This document shows, piece by piece, positions 52,473 through 63,549 of a stretch of 64,000 bases of DNA. Made by a program: the position numbers and the translations under genes. The notes beneath the pieces were generated by a model, which saw only the letters and a program-made list of their open reading frames with translations, ran no database searches and was not told the origin of the DNA. Source of the stretch: an uncultured Planctomycetota bacterium (GTDB taxonomy: Bacteria > Planctomycetota > Planctomycetia > Isosphaerales > Isosphaeraceae); NCBI GenBank assembly GCA_963823665.1, contig CAWGMQ010000010.1, positions 576,001 through 640,000 on the forward strand, written 5' to 3'. How positions within the stretch are numbered: position 1 is the stretch's first letter; the number at the start of each line of letters is the position of its first letter.

Positions 52473-52520
52473 ACCGCCCTTCGGGTAAGATACACTCGGC
52501 GCGGGACTGGATCAGCAATT

Positions 52521-52541
52521 GTAGGGTGGGTGAAACCCACC
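52521..52541 (+). repeat. GTAG-type REP-like hairpin
   Basis: GTAG followed by GGTGGGT-GAA-ACCCACC. Confidence 0.55.
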
Positions 52542-52655
52542 ATCGGCCCCGTCGTCATTTTCATGCGAGCCGAATGGGCAAGTGGCTCACCAGAAGGTTC
52601 GCCCTCGCGAGGGATCGCGTTCGCGGAATCGTTCGTTGCTCTTGAGAACCATCTG

Positions 52656-55600
52656 ATGCCACTCGACCCGCAGCGTGTTCAAGCCGTGTTCCTCTCGGCC
52701 GTCGAATGCCACGAGCCGGCGGCCCGCGCCGCGCTCCTGGACCGCGAGTGCGCGACCGACCCGGAGCTGAGGCGGCGAGTCGAGGCGCTCCTGACTGCTC
52801 TCGACCAGCCCGAGAGCCTCCTCGATCAACCGATCGTCGGACTCGCCCCCGACGGCTTCGGGCCCCACACCAGCCCCGCGGACAACGGGGTCGAGGGCGC
52901 GGGGGCCGAGTCGGCCGTCGATGGCTCCAAGGCTTCCGACCCGACGGTCGGTGTGATGCCGGGCGCCGACTACACCAGGGGTGTCGGCACGCTCGTGGAG
53001 AAGTCCGCCCGCGCCGTGCCCGCCATCTCCGGCTACGAGATCCTGGGCGAGCTGGGTCGAGGCGGCATGGGCATCGTGTACCGCGCCAGGCAGGTCCGCC
53101 TGAATCGCCCCTGCGTGCTCAAGATGATCCTGGGCGGGGCCCACGCCTCGTCCGAGGCAGCCACTCGCTTCCTGGCCGAGGCGGAGGCGATCGCCCGGTT
53201 GCATCACCCCAATATCGTGCAGATTCACCATATCGGTGAGGCCGACGGCTTGCCTTTCTTCGAGCTGGAGTACGTCGACGGCGGCAGCCTTGACCGTCGA
53301 CTCGACGGCACGCCGTGGCCGGCAAAGCGTGCGGCCGCGTTGATCGAATCGATGGCGCGCGGCGTTGCCGAGGCACATCGCTTGGGCATCGTCCACCGCG
53401 ACCTTAAGCCAGGCAACATCCTGATCGCCGTCGATGGCACGCCCAAGATCACCGACTTCGGCCTGGCCAAAACTCTGGCCTCGGACAGCGGCCTGACGCG
53501 GACCGACTCGATCATGGGCTCGCCCGGCTACATGTCTCGCGAGCAGGCCGAGGGCAAGACCAAGGCGGTCGGGCCGCTCGCCGACATCTACGCCTTGGGC
53601 GCGATTCTCTATGAGCTACTGACCGGCGGCCCGCCGTTCCGGGGTACGACCGCCCTCGAGATTCTCGATCAGGTGAAGAACACCGAGCCGGTGCCGCCAT
53701 CGCGGCTCGTCCCCGGCCTGCCGCGGGACGTCGAAACGGTCGCGCTGAAATGCTTGCAGAAGGAGCCGGGCAAGCGCTACGACTCGGCCGCCGCGGTGGC
53801 CGAAGACCTGCGGCGATTCCTCGGCGGCGAGTCGATCCTGGCGCGACCTGTCGGTCCGATTGAGCGGGGATGGCGCTGGTGCCGGCGCAACCCCGTCGTG
53901 GCGGGCCTTACCGCCGCTCTGGCTGCGGTCCTGATGCTGGCCACGGCGGCCTCGCTGGCGGCCTATTGGCGCATGAGCACGCTGGCCCGCGGAGAGCACG
54001 CGGCCCGGCTGGCCGCTGTGAAGGAGATGCAGGCCGCCCAGGACGCCCGCGTGCAGGAGGCCGACCAGCGCCGGCGTGCGGAGGCCAACTTCCACAGGGC
54101 ACGCGCCGCCGTGGACGGCTATCTCACCACGGTCAGCGAGAGCCAGCTCCTCAAAGTTCCCGGGCTCCAGCCCCTCCGCGGCGAGCTATTGGAATCGGCC
54201 CTGCGGTTTTATCAGGACTTTCTCAAGGAGCGGGGCGACGACCCCATGCTCCGCGCCGAGCTGGCCGCGACCCAGCTCCGGATCGGCCGAATCCAGACGG
54301 ATCTTGGGAGCGCCAACGAAGCGCGTCGGGTCCTGAAGTCCGCGATCGCCACCTACCAGGCGGAGGTCACCAAGAACTCGCAGGACCTCGCGCTCCGCAC
54401 CGCCTTGGCCGCCGCCTGGCTGGCCCTGGGCGACCTGGCTTACAACTTCAGCGGGCAGAACTCGAGTCAGGAGCAGCTCGAAGCGTGGGAAAAGAACGCC
54501 GAGATTCGCGAGGGCCTGGCACGCGTCCGACCGGATGATCCCGGCTACCAGGCGGACCTCGCCGAAGCCTTCGAACGCCTCGGGACTGCTCGGGACGGGG
54601 CCGGCCGGGATGGGCTGCCGGCCCGCCTTCGCGGCGCCGAACTCAGCCTCGCTCTCTTCCTCAAGTCCCCGGATGACCCGAAGATCAATTTCGGCCTGGG
54701 AGAGTCGTTGAACAACATCGCCGTCGCCCTGTCGAACTGGGGGCGTCACGGGGACGCCCTGGCGATGTACCTGCGCGGCCTGGAGTATAACCGTTTCGCC
54801 TACGACAAGCTGCCGCACATGATCGAGTACGGCTGCGACCTGGGCACGGCCTACATGAATGCCGTCAGGGAGTGCAGGAAGCTGGGGCGGAGCGACGAGA
54901 CAGTCATCGAGGCACGAAAGGCGGTGGAACACTGCCGGAGCATGGTCCGGGATCACCCGGCCGTAACGATCGTGAAGCGCCATTTCGTCTGGGCCCTGGA
55001 GGCGCTCGTCCAGAGCCAGCGCGACGCAGGCTAGGCGGCCGAGGCGGCACGGACGGGCCGCGAGTTGGGGCAATGGCTCGACATCGTCGTCGATGCGCCC
55101 CAATGGATGTTCGACGGTGCCTGCTGGCACGCCCGGTTGTCCCTGTGGGCGGACGAGAGGAAGAGTTCCCTCACGAACCAGGACCAAGATGAGGCGCATC
55201 GTGAAGCCGCTCGGGCCGTCGAGCAGCTCCAGCGGGCCATCGAGTCCGGCTTCGCCGACCTCGAAGCGATTCGGAGGAACAAGGCCCTGGACCCGCTCCG
55301 GGGCCGGGCCGACTTCCAGAAGTTGGTCGCGAACCTGGAAAAGCGGCTCAGGCCGCGTTCCCAGGGAGCCCCTGCCGTGGCGGGGCCAGAGAGCGGCCCG
55401 GCGCCCAGCCCGGTCTCCGCGGCCGAGCGGGTCTGCCGGGCGCGAGCTGACCGGGCGGCGGTCCTGCATGCCGTCGGCGTGGTCAAGTGGGTCCGCAGGC
55501 ATCACGACGAGGCTCGGGACACGCTCGACGAGGCCCGCGTGCTCTGCGAGCAGCTACTCGGGGAGCGCCCGACCGACGCCCCTCTTCGGACGATCCTGGC

Positions 55601-56484
55601 CGATACTCACAGGACCCTGGGTAGCATGGATTGGGACGCACGTCGGCTCGATCACGCCGAGGCCCACCTGGACGCCGCCCTCGCGGCCGCCCCGGACGAC
55701 ATCGAGGTTCGCCTGGCCCGTGACCGCATCCTCGCCGAGTTTGGACGCGACATCGAGGCCCGCGACGACATCGCCAAGGTCCTCGCCTCGGCCCCGCTCA
55801 GCCCCGCGGCATACCGCATGGCCGCCGCCGTCCATGCCCGGCTGGGCGCCTCGGGACACGGCCGCGGAGACGCTGGCCACGCTCCTCGAACGAGATCCCG
55901 GCGACCACGGGAACTGGTGCGTCTCGGCGGCCCTCCGTGCGCGGGCTGGCGACACGGACCGCTTTCGGCGTTTGTGCCGCCGGATGCTCGATCGCTTCCG
56001 GGGAAGCCAAGACCCCGTGGTCGCGGCGCGGACGGCAAAGTACTGCCTCCTCCTCCCCATGCCCGGACCCGAGCAGGAAGACGCCGGCCGACTCGCGGAA
56101 CAGGCGGTCGCGGGTGCCACCGGGCCGCTCCGGCGCCAGGCCGGTGCGGCCGAAGGGCTGGCCGACTACCGAAGAGGGAGATTCGCCGACGCGCTCGCCG
56201 CCATCGACAAGGCCCAGGCGCTGGACGGTGACGGCGATTGGAATCTCCAGGTATTCGCCGGCTGCGTGCGATCCATGGCCTTGATGCGCCTGGGGAGCCG
56301 CGACGAGGCACGCGCGGCCCTGATGAAGGCATCGGGGCTTTACCGTTCGAACGTGCAGCAGGCTACCGCGCTCGATCCCGGAACGTTCTGGGCCGACCTG
56401 TTGATCTGTGAAGTCCTGCACCGTGAGGCCGAAGCCCTGGTCGTTTACGATCCGGCTTTCCCGGCCAACCCGTTCGCTCGATAG
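52656..56484 (+). CDS. Membrane Ser/Thr kinase with TPR-like C-terminus; in-frame TAG at 55032 and frameshift near 55850
   Basis: GRGGMG, HRDLKPGN, DFG and RWCRRNP followed by a TM; ends DPAFPANPFAR*. Confidence 0.85.
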
Positions 56485-56806
56485 GTCTCTTGATCGGCTT
56501 CAAAAGTCGATCGATCTACGGCGCGCGATAAATGAGAACAATATTTTCGGGCTTTCGCTTCGTTTACAGGGTGCCACTCTTGACGGCGACCTGTTCCGGC
56601 TCTGGGCGTTTCGCGATCGTGACCTGCGCAGTGTTCACCTGGAGCTTGCTGTAAAGGCCGCCCTCTCAAGCCGCCCCATCGCGCTATCGTTCGATGGGAA
56701 GCATGATGCTTTTTAGTCCGTCCGCCGGTTATAATTGCTCGGTCGGAAATCGTCGGAGGACCAGATGAAGGGCAACCCGGCCCGCCCGGGAGGCTCGATG
56801 CAGGGT

Positions 56807-56856
56807 AAGCCGACGTGGTCGAATACCTCAGGGAATTCCACCACGTCGGCTTTTTT
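56807..56856 (+). terminator. Strong intrinsic terminator
   Basis: Perfect 13-bp stem AAGCCGACGTGGT/ACCACGTCGGCTT, extendable, followed by a T-run. Confidence 0.75.
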
Positions 56857-57005
56857 ATTGCGCCGCAAACTCAATTGGACGAGGTGTCGCCGCTAAGCGC
56901 TGAGACGCAAGTTCTGTTTTTTTCGATTCCTTTCGACAGCCATGGCCGGAAATGGCGCGTTCAGGAGTGGAACCGAATGATCTCACCCGGTCGGAGCAAC
57001 ATTCC

Positions 57006-57257
57006 ATGCCACTGGACGCGCAGCGCGTGCAGGCCATTTTCCTGGAGGCTGTAGACTATTGTGACCCCACTGAGCGCGCCTCAATCCTGGATCGCGAATG
57101 CCCGGGCGATTCCGAGCTGCGGCAGCGGGTCGAGGCGCTCCTTGATGCCCACGACCGATTCAACGATTTCGTCAACCAGCCGTCGGCCGGGCCAGACGGC
57201 CGGGCTGTGTCGTCTTACCTGGGGTCCAACTCGTGGCGATCGGGTATGATTGAGTGA
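57006..57257 (+). CDS. Stand-alone homolog of the N-terminal domain of the neighbouring kinase (83 aa)
   Basis: 32/48 aa identical to the 52656 kinase N-terminus; GGAG upstream. Confidence 0.6.
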   Translation: MPLDAQRVQAIFLEAVDYCDPTERASILDRECPGDSELRQRVEALLDAHDRFNDFVNQPSAGPDGRAVSSYLGSNSWRSGMIE

Positions 57258-57408
57258 TCGCCGTTGTGATGCGCTCTCGCGAAAGTTCCCCCGACCCATT
57301 GCAGATCCACGCCGGTTGCGGCTCGATCACTGCCGCCTTCCCGATTTGCGCCTCCTGGCCCATCCTCTCGCCGACCATCGTTCACTAGCCACCGGAAAGA
57401 GAAGCGAC

Positions 57409-58593
57409 ATGCCATCCGATAGCATCCGTGCGGTCCATCGGCCGGGAAAACGGCCCGCGCTGTCTGATGCCGCACTGCTCTGCTCTCTGGAAGCGATCCG
57501 TGCACGGCTGCCGGAGGGGATGACCGTCGTGACCTCGACCCAGGCTGTGGGCTGGGCAAACATCCACGGCGTGATCACGGCGGGGCGACTGGAAGACTTC
57601 TTCGACTACTGCGCACCATTTCACGTCGTCGCGTTTTGCCTCAAGGGCGCGACGACGGTCGAGTGGAAGCGCGGGACACGCTTCACGCGATTCCAGGCCC
57701 AGCCCGGGGAACTGCTCGTCACAGCGGCGGGCGAGGCCAACTCCATCCGTCAGCACCAGCCGAACGAGGCGTTCAGTTGCAGTCTCAGCCCGGACCGATT
57801 GCAGTCCCTCGCCGAGCAAGAATTGGACCCGCACGGACAGACGATCGAGATCGTGCCCGGCTTTAACCGCGACGCGGAGTTATGGAGACTGGGCGAGCGC
57901 CTGGCCGCACGGCTCCGGTCGCCCATCCCTGGTTCGCGGCTCTTCGCGGATGCTCTTCTCACTCAGATCGCGATCAAGCTCTTGTGGGACTATTCATCTC
58001 TGCCGCGCCGGAGCCATACGCCCGAGGTAGAGAAGCTCGCCGATCCCCGGCTCCGCCGGGTGATCGATTACCTCCACGGCTCATTCGGGGAAGAGATCTC
58101 GCTCGACGGACTCGCGGCGATTGCCGGCCTCAGCCCTAACTATTTCCTCCACGCCTTCAAGCAGACCACAGGGCGAACGCCTCACCGCTACCTGACCGAG
58201 CTGCGGATCGCCAAGGCCTGTGAGCTCCTCAAAAACCCTCACGCGTCGATCGTGGACATCAGCCTGGCCGTCGGCTTCTCGTCGCAGAGCCACCTGACGA
58301 CGGTCTTCGGCCGATTCATGAAGACGACCCCAGCCGCCTATCGCGAAGAAGTCCTCGGACTGCGTCACTCCCCGGATCCAGCGCCCAGGCTCGTCGAAGC
58401 CCCCGATCGGATTCGCCACGATATTCTGAGCGTGAGGCGTGCTGGAGAAAAAGCGAATCCGCCGCCTGAACTTGAATTACCTCCTGATCTTCATTCCGAT
58501 CGCGCTCGGGCTCTACTGGTCCGCGGCGAACCCGCTTCTGGTTTTCGCCACGGCGGCGATGACGATCGCGCCGCTCTCGAAAATCGTCGGTAG
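57409..58593 (+). CDS. AraC family transcriptional regulator
   Basis: RLRRVIDYL...FKQTTGRTPHRYL...VGFSSQSHLTTVF..TPAAYR; the true start and stop are uncertain. Confidence 0.9.
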   Translation: MPSDSIRAVHRPGKRPALSDAALLCSLEAIRARLPEGMTVVTSTQAVGWANIHGVITAGRLEDFFDYCAPFHVVAFCLKGATTVEWKRGTRFTRFQAQPGELLVTAAGEANSIRQHQPNEAFSCSLSPDRLQSLAEQELDPHGQTIEIVPGFNRDAELWRLGERLAARLRSPIPGSRLFADALLTQIAIKLLWDYSSLPRRSHTPEVEKLADPRLRRVIDYLHGSFGEEISLDGLAAIAGLSPNYFLHAFKQTTGRTPHRYLTELRIAKACELLKNPHASIVDISLAVGFSSQSHLTTVFGRFMKTTPAAYREEVLGLRHSPDPAPRLVEAPDRIRHDILSVRRAGEKANPPPELELPPDLHSDRARALLVRGEPASGFRHGGDDDRAALENRR

Positions 58594-58682
58594 TACCACC
58601 GAGACGCTGGGCTTCTACCTCGGGCCCACGCTCGGGGGCTCATCTCGTGATGCTCGCGATCGGGTTTTACTACGCCAGGTAA
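58439..58682 (+). pseudogene. Ca2+/H+ exchanger (Cax/ChaA, CaCA family), internally deleted
   Basis: N-terminus LLIFIPIAL..PLSKIVGSTTETLGFYLGPTLGG stops just before the alpha-1 motif and abuts LVMLAIGFYYAR* in another frame. Confidence 0.65.
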
Positions 58683-58813
58683 CCCTTGATCGTAAGAACA
58701 GAGAGCGTGGTTCAGTGATTTCTTGAAAGACCGGCGGCGCAGACCGGGTACTATCGATCGGTCCGTGAAACCGCAGTGGCCAACCCCGAACTCCTTCGCG
58801 TGGAGGTAGCCAG

Positions 58814-59134
58814 ATGGCAAAGCGCCGCGTCAGTAAAGCTCGAGTCCCAGTCAAATCCTCGACCCGCGCCGTGGATTTCGTAGCGAATGCCGCTCGAGAC
58901 GGCGCCGTCGACGCCCGTACGGCGGCGATCCGGACGTGGGACGCGACCAGCCAATTCGCCTCCAAGTGCGTCTACACCACCTGCTTCACGGCCTCTTACG
59001 GGGTGGTGTTTCCCGTGGTGCTACTGGCCCGCGTGATCCCGCGGAACAACGAAGCCGTTCGGGCCATGATCGATGGGGCGCAGGCTGCGATTCGGAAAGT
59101 CGATGACGTGGCGCCCGCCCTCTCACCGGCCTGA
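58814..59134 (+). CDS. Small hypothetical protein with one hydrophobic segment
   Basis: GGAGGT SD; CVYTTCFTASYGVVFPVVLLARVIP. Confidence 0.75.
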   Translation: MAKRRVSKARVPVKSSTRAVDFVANAARDGAVDARTAAIRTWDATSQFASKCVYTTCFTASYGVVFPVVLLARVIPRNNEAVRAMIDGAQAAIRKVDDVAPALSPA

Positions 59135-59177
59135 GCTGTCTTCGAGAGAACTCTCCCCTTGGAAGGAGATCATCGGC

Positions 59178-60055
59178 ATGGAATCAGTCACGATCACCGA
59201 GACCCGTTCGCCCGGCGGAATCGAACCCGCGAACGGCGGCGGAGCTTTCCCCTCCCTTGACATCGAGTTTGATGAGACCGCGGGATCGCTGCGGATTTAC
59301 GACCCAAGGCTGTTCCAGGCCGGACGACGCGGCTTCTGCAAGCGGCTCCTCACGTTGGCGTCCCGTCAGCCGGGGATCATCAAGGCAGAAGTTGAGCTCG
59401 CGTCGGCTTCATGTCAGATCGAGTTCGGTCCTGGCCCGCAGACCGCTCTCTGCATGGCCGACTCGTTTGTGCGTGTGGTTCAAGAGGCTTCCTCGGGTAC
59501 CTCGCTGCTTGACAGAATCTGGTGGTGGCGCCGCCGCCGGGGATGGTCCGGCATGACGTCCTTTCATCTTCCGGAGGGAGTCTCGCTCTGGGAGACCTTC
59601 GAGGTTGACCCCGCCCGGATCCGGCTCCGCCGTTCAGGGGTCGCCGGTAACCGGGCGCGGCTCTCCCGCCTGGCAGACGCCCTTGCCAGCCTCGAGTGCG
59701 TCGAGGCGTGCCGCGTGTCTGCCTGGTCGGACCGTATCACGATCGGTGTGTGGCGGGATGGTCCCCTCTCGGACCGATTCATGGATACGGTCGAGCAAGC
59801 ACTGGCGTGTCTCGAGGCAGCCGAGCTGTTCTGGCCGGAACGTCCCGCTCTGGCCGCGCCGTTTGTCGAAGCAAGCCGGCAGGGCGCCGTCGCCAAGGCG
59901 ACCTGGGGGAGACATATCATCAACATCGCACTGGCGGGCGGCACCTTTTCAATCACGCTGATGGGTCTGGCCTTGCCGGGATTCCGTCCGTCCCGTTCTC
60001 ACCGGCGACCAGGTATCAGCTAGCGCACTGGGTTAATCGATCCCAACCCCCTTGA
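59178..60055 (+). CDS. Tandem basic-HMA-like (HMA_2) domain protein with truncated YbaN/DUF454-like tail; frameshift near 59979
   Basis: AAGGAG SD; AGSLRIYD and DPARIRLRR domain starts; tail LMGLALPG-IPSVPF. Confidence 0.6.
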
Positions 60056-60066
60056 GACACTCAAGA

Positions 60067-62907
60067 ATGGCCGACTTCGATCTCGCCGTCACTTTCCCGT
60101 CCGAGGGCGTGATCCGCCTTCGTAGCCGATCGTTGTTCGGCGATGCCGACAACCCGGACTATCGACGTTTCCTCGAACGGGTGTTCCAGGTCGAGGAGAT
60201 CTCCGACGTCACGATCACGGGGGGAAGTGCGCCCCAGGCGGAGTTGCGATTCTGCCCGAAGACCTCGACGTTGCGAGACGTCGCGAAGCGGATCGGCACC
60301 GTTCTGAGGCAGGGCCGGGAAAAGGGGGTCGCCACATCAAACGGCGAGGTTCACAGAAGCTCGGGCGGCCGCGCCGGGCGGAAAGGCGGCGCGCACGAGA
60401 ACGGACGTGCCCTCACGAATGGTCGTGCCCTCACGAATGGACACGCTCTGACGAATGGGTATGCGCGACAAACGGCCAGGTTCTGGCGAACGGACAAGCT
60501 CCGGCGAAAAAACGCGGGCAATCGAACGGCCAAGTCCCATTGAACGGCCGCACGAGCAACGGCGTAGCTGTCGCACCCTACTTCGAGCATCACGCCCCAC
60601 TTGAACCGGTGCGCGAAATGACGGTCGCGAGTGCGGCATCGGCCCGAGATAAGAATGGAGTTGTCAAGTATTTTCGCCACGGCTCGGTCGTGACTGGATG
60701 GGAGATCAAGCGCGATCATCCTGGCCGGCTGCGCCTCAGGAATCCGGTTCTCTACCGCAAGTCGGAGCTGTGTCAGGCCATCGAGCGGGAATTGATGGGC
60801 ATCCTCGGGATCGATCAGTACAAGACCAGCTCGCTCACGTGCTCGGTCCAGGTCGACTACGATCCGCGACAGCTCAGCAAGCTCCAGGTGATCGAGATCC
60901 TCGACTCGGTCCTCGCCAGCGCCGAGCACCCAACCGCTCCCGACAAGTCAGACCTTCACCTGCCAGTCTGCACGGCCTCGCTGCCAATCGCGGCGGCGGC
61001 CCAGTTCGCCTTCCCTCCGCTCCTGCCGGTGGCGGCAGCGGTGTTTGCGTACACGTCGATCCCAACGTTCAAGGAGGCTTACAAAGTCTTGTTCAAGGAG
61101 AAGCGGCTGGGGGTGGACGTCCTCGACTCGATCGTGGTCGTTGGCTGCCTGGGGACCATGGCGATCTTCCCCGGAGCCGTGCTCTGCTGGTGCCTCGGCT
61201 TCGGTCGTGCACTGGTCAAGAAGACGCAGGATAACTCCAAGAAGCTGCTGCTGAACGCCTTCGGCAAGCAGCCGCGATACGTGTGGCTCTATCGGGACGG
61301 CGTCGAGGTGCAGGTGACGATGGACCGGCTCCAGAAGGGCGACATCATCGTCGTCAGCACCGGCGAGGTGGTGCCGGTCGACGGGCACGTGGTCGAGGGA
61401 ATGGCGATGATCGACCAGCACGCGCTGACCGGCGAGTCGACACCGGCCGAGAAGGGCATCGGCGACCGGGTCTTTGCCTCGACCGTGATGGTGGCCGGCA
61501 AGGTCTTCGTCTCGGTCGAGACGTCGGGCAGCGACACGGCCTCGGCCAAGATCAGCCAGATCCTCAACGACACGGCCGGTTACAAGCTCGCCTCGCAGCA
61601 CAAGGGCGAGCGGCTGGCTGACAAGGCAGTGATCCCGACCTTGACCATCGGCGCCCTTGGGATGGCCACGATGGGCCCCGCCGGCGCGGTCGCGGTGCTT
61701 GAACAGCGACTTCGGCACCGGAATCCGCATGGCCGCGCCGCTGGCCATGCTCAGCTCGCTGGCCTTGTGTGCGAACAAAGGCATCCTGGTCAAGGACGGA
61801 CGGGCACTGGAGCTGATGAACGAGGTCGACACAGTCCTCTTCGACAAGACCGGCACCTTGACCCGCGAGCGGCCCGAGGTCGGTCGGGTCATCGCCGCCC
61901 GCGGGTTCGAAGCGGACCAGATCCTTGGCTTCGCGGCGGCCGCCGAGCGGAAGTTCCATCATCCGATCGCGCAGGCGATCCTCCACAAGGCCGAAGAGCT
62001 CAATCTGGTCCCGCCGCCGACCGACGAGACCCAGTACAAGGTCGGCTATGGCATCACGGTCCACGCCCTGGGGCACACCATCCGCGTGGGCAGCAGGCGG
62101 TTCATGGAGATGGAGGGGATCGAGCTGCCGCCCGAGGTGAGGGCGGCCTTGGAGGAGGCGCACGGCGAGGGTTACACGATGGTCATGGTCGGCGTGGACG
62201 GCCGCCTGGGCGGGGCGATCGAGCTGCGAGCGTCGGTCCGCCCGGAGGTTCGGGAGATCATCGACGGGCTGCGCAAGCGCGGGATCAAGCACATCGCGAT
62301 CATCTCGGGCGACCACGAGGCCCCGACCAGGAAGCTGGCGGAATCTCTGGGAATGGACCGCTACTTCGCCCAGGTCCTGCCCGCGGACAAGGCCGAGTAC
62401 GTCGAGAAACTCCAGAACGAAGGGTGCAAGGTCTGCTTCGTGGGCGACGGTATCAATGATTCGATTGCGCTCAAGAAGGCCAACGTGTCGATCTCGCTCC
62501 GGGGCGCCTCGACGATCGCAACCGACACGGCCCAGATTGTCTTCCTGGAAGAAGGGCTCGCCAAGCTGTGCGAGCTGCGCGACATCGCCCGCGACCTCGA
62601 TCACAACGTGAAACGGAGCTGGTCGATGATCCTGGCTCCCAACATCGCCTGCATCGCGGGCGTCTTCACATTGGGGTTCGGGATCATGGCGTCGGTCGTC
62701 ACCAACAACGTCGCCGCCCTGGCCGCGCTCGCCAACGGCATGCTCCCGCTCCGCAAGGTCGCCCAGATCGAGGCCGAGCGCCGGCACAGGCTGGAGATGA
62801 GCCAGGAAACTTATGGTATTGAGAGAAACGCTGTACCGGCGCCGCCTGCTGCGGCCGCTCGACGAGGCAACAAGAACCGCCGTCCACGGCGAGTTCGCGC
62901 GTCGTAG
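60067..62907 (+). CDS. Atypical P1B-type ATPase with two N-terminal basic-HMA-like domains; frameshifts near 60463 and 61700
   Basis: EGVIRLRS, HPGRLRLR, TGES, DFGTG in place of CPx, DKTGT, HHP, SGD and GDGIND. Confidence 0.88.
60400..60459 (+). repeat. 18-bp coding tandem repeat, NG(R/H)ALT x3, in the ATPase linker
   Basis: Units start at 60400, 60418 and 60436, with a partial unit at 60454. Confidence 0.8.
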
Positions 62908-62993
62908 ACATCAAATCCCGGTCGCCACCGAATTTCAATGGCACCATGAGAAACCGCAGTTCACGATCCGCTCGAAAAAGGATTCCAGCGCTG

Positions 62994-63513
62994 ATGCCAG
63001 CCAAAAAAGCGAGGGTTGCCGGTCCCGCTCCGCCGATCGATCTGGACCTGAAGTCTGAGCCCCCGCCTCGGCCTGTGAACGATCAGGTGAAGCGGTTCGA
63101 CATCTTCCTGATCGATACGGGCTGGAATACGGCCATCTCGAAGCTGGTGCGCTCCCACTTGCCGCTATTATACCAATTTCAACAGCAAGAGAGCCTCTAC
63201 CTGCTTACACCCGAGCAGTCGGTCGAGATCCTGAAGCGCGCCCGAGTTCATCGGTCGCGACCCGACCGTCCTCGTGTACGATCTCTGCGCTCCGGTCGGC
63301 CGCAAGCATCGCAACTATCACGGCTTTCACCTGAGTCTCGGCCGATTCAAGCACCCGGAACAGGCGCTGTCGCGGCTGCAGGAGTTCCTCCGTTTTCTGA
63401 TCTCGAACCGGTCCTCCGCCGCTCTGGATACCGAGGTTCGCCGCGAACTGAATCGCGAGGGAGCCAAAGGCATGATCAAGATCCTCCGCGAGGCGACCAC
63501 CGAATTGCTCTGA
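62994..63513 (+). CDS. Hypothetical soluble protein, frameshift near 63240
   Basis: KRFDIFLIDTGWN...EILKR joins PEFIGRDPTVLVYDL...REATTELL*. Confidence 0.7.
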
Positions 63514-63549
63514 CGACCCAACGCACGAGTCTTGCTTGAGGAGAAGCCG

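Noticed and set aside
56527..56548. Fur box upstream of the metal-related region
   Set aside because: Only one half-site resembles TGATAAT, the symmetry is poor, and it is more than 2 kb from the operon.
56760..56815. c-di-GMP-I or SAM-I riboswitch
   Set aside because: GGGCAACCC and GATGAA are only partial matches. The GNRA/receptor and other core elements are missing.
60067..62907. Naming the ATPase copA, zntA, cadA or fezB
   Set aside because: It lacks the CPx and CxxC motifs of the first three, and fezB orthology needs a phylogeny.
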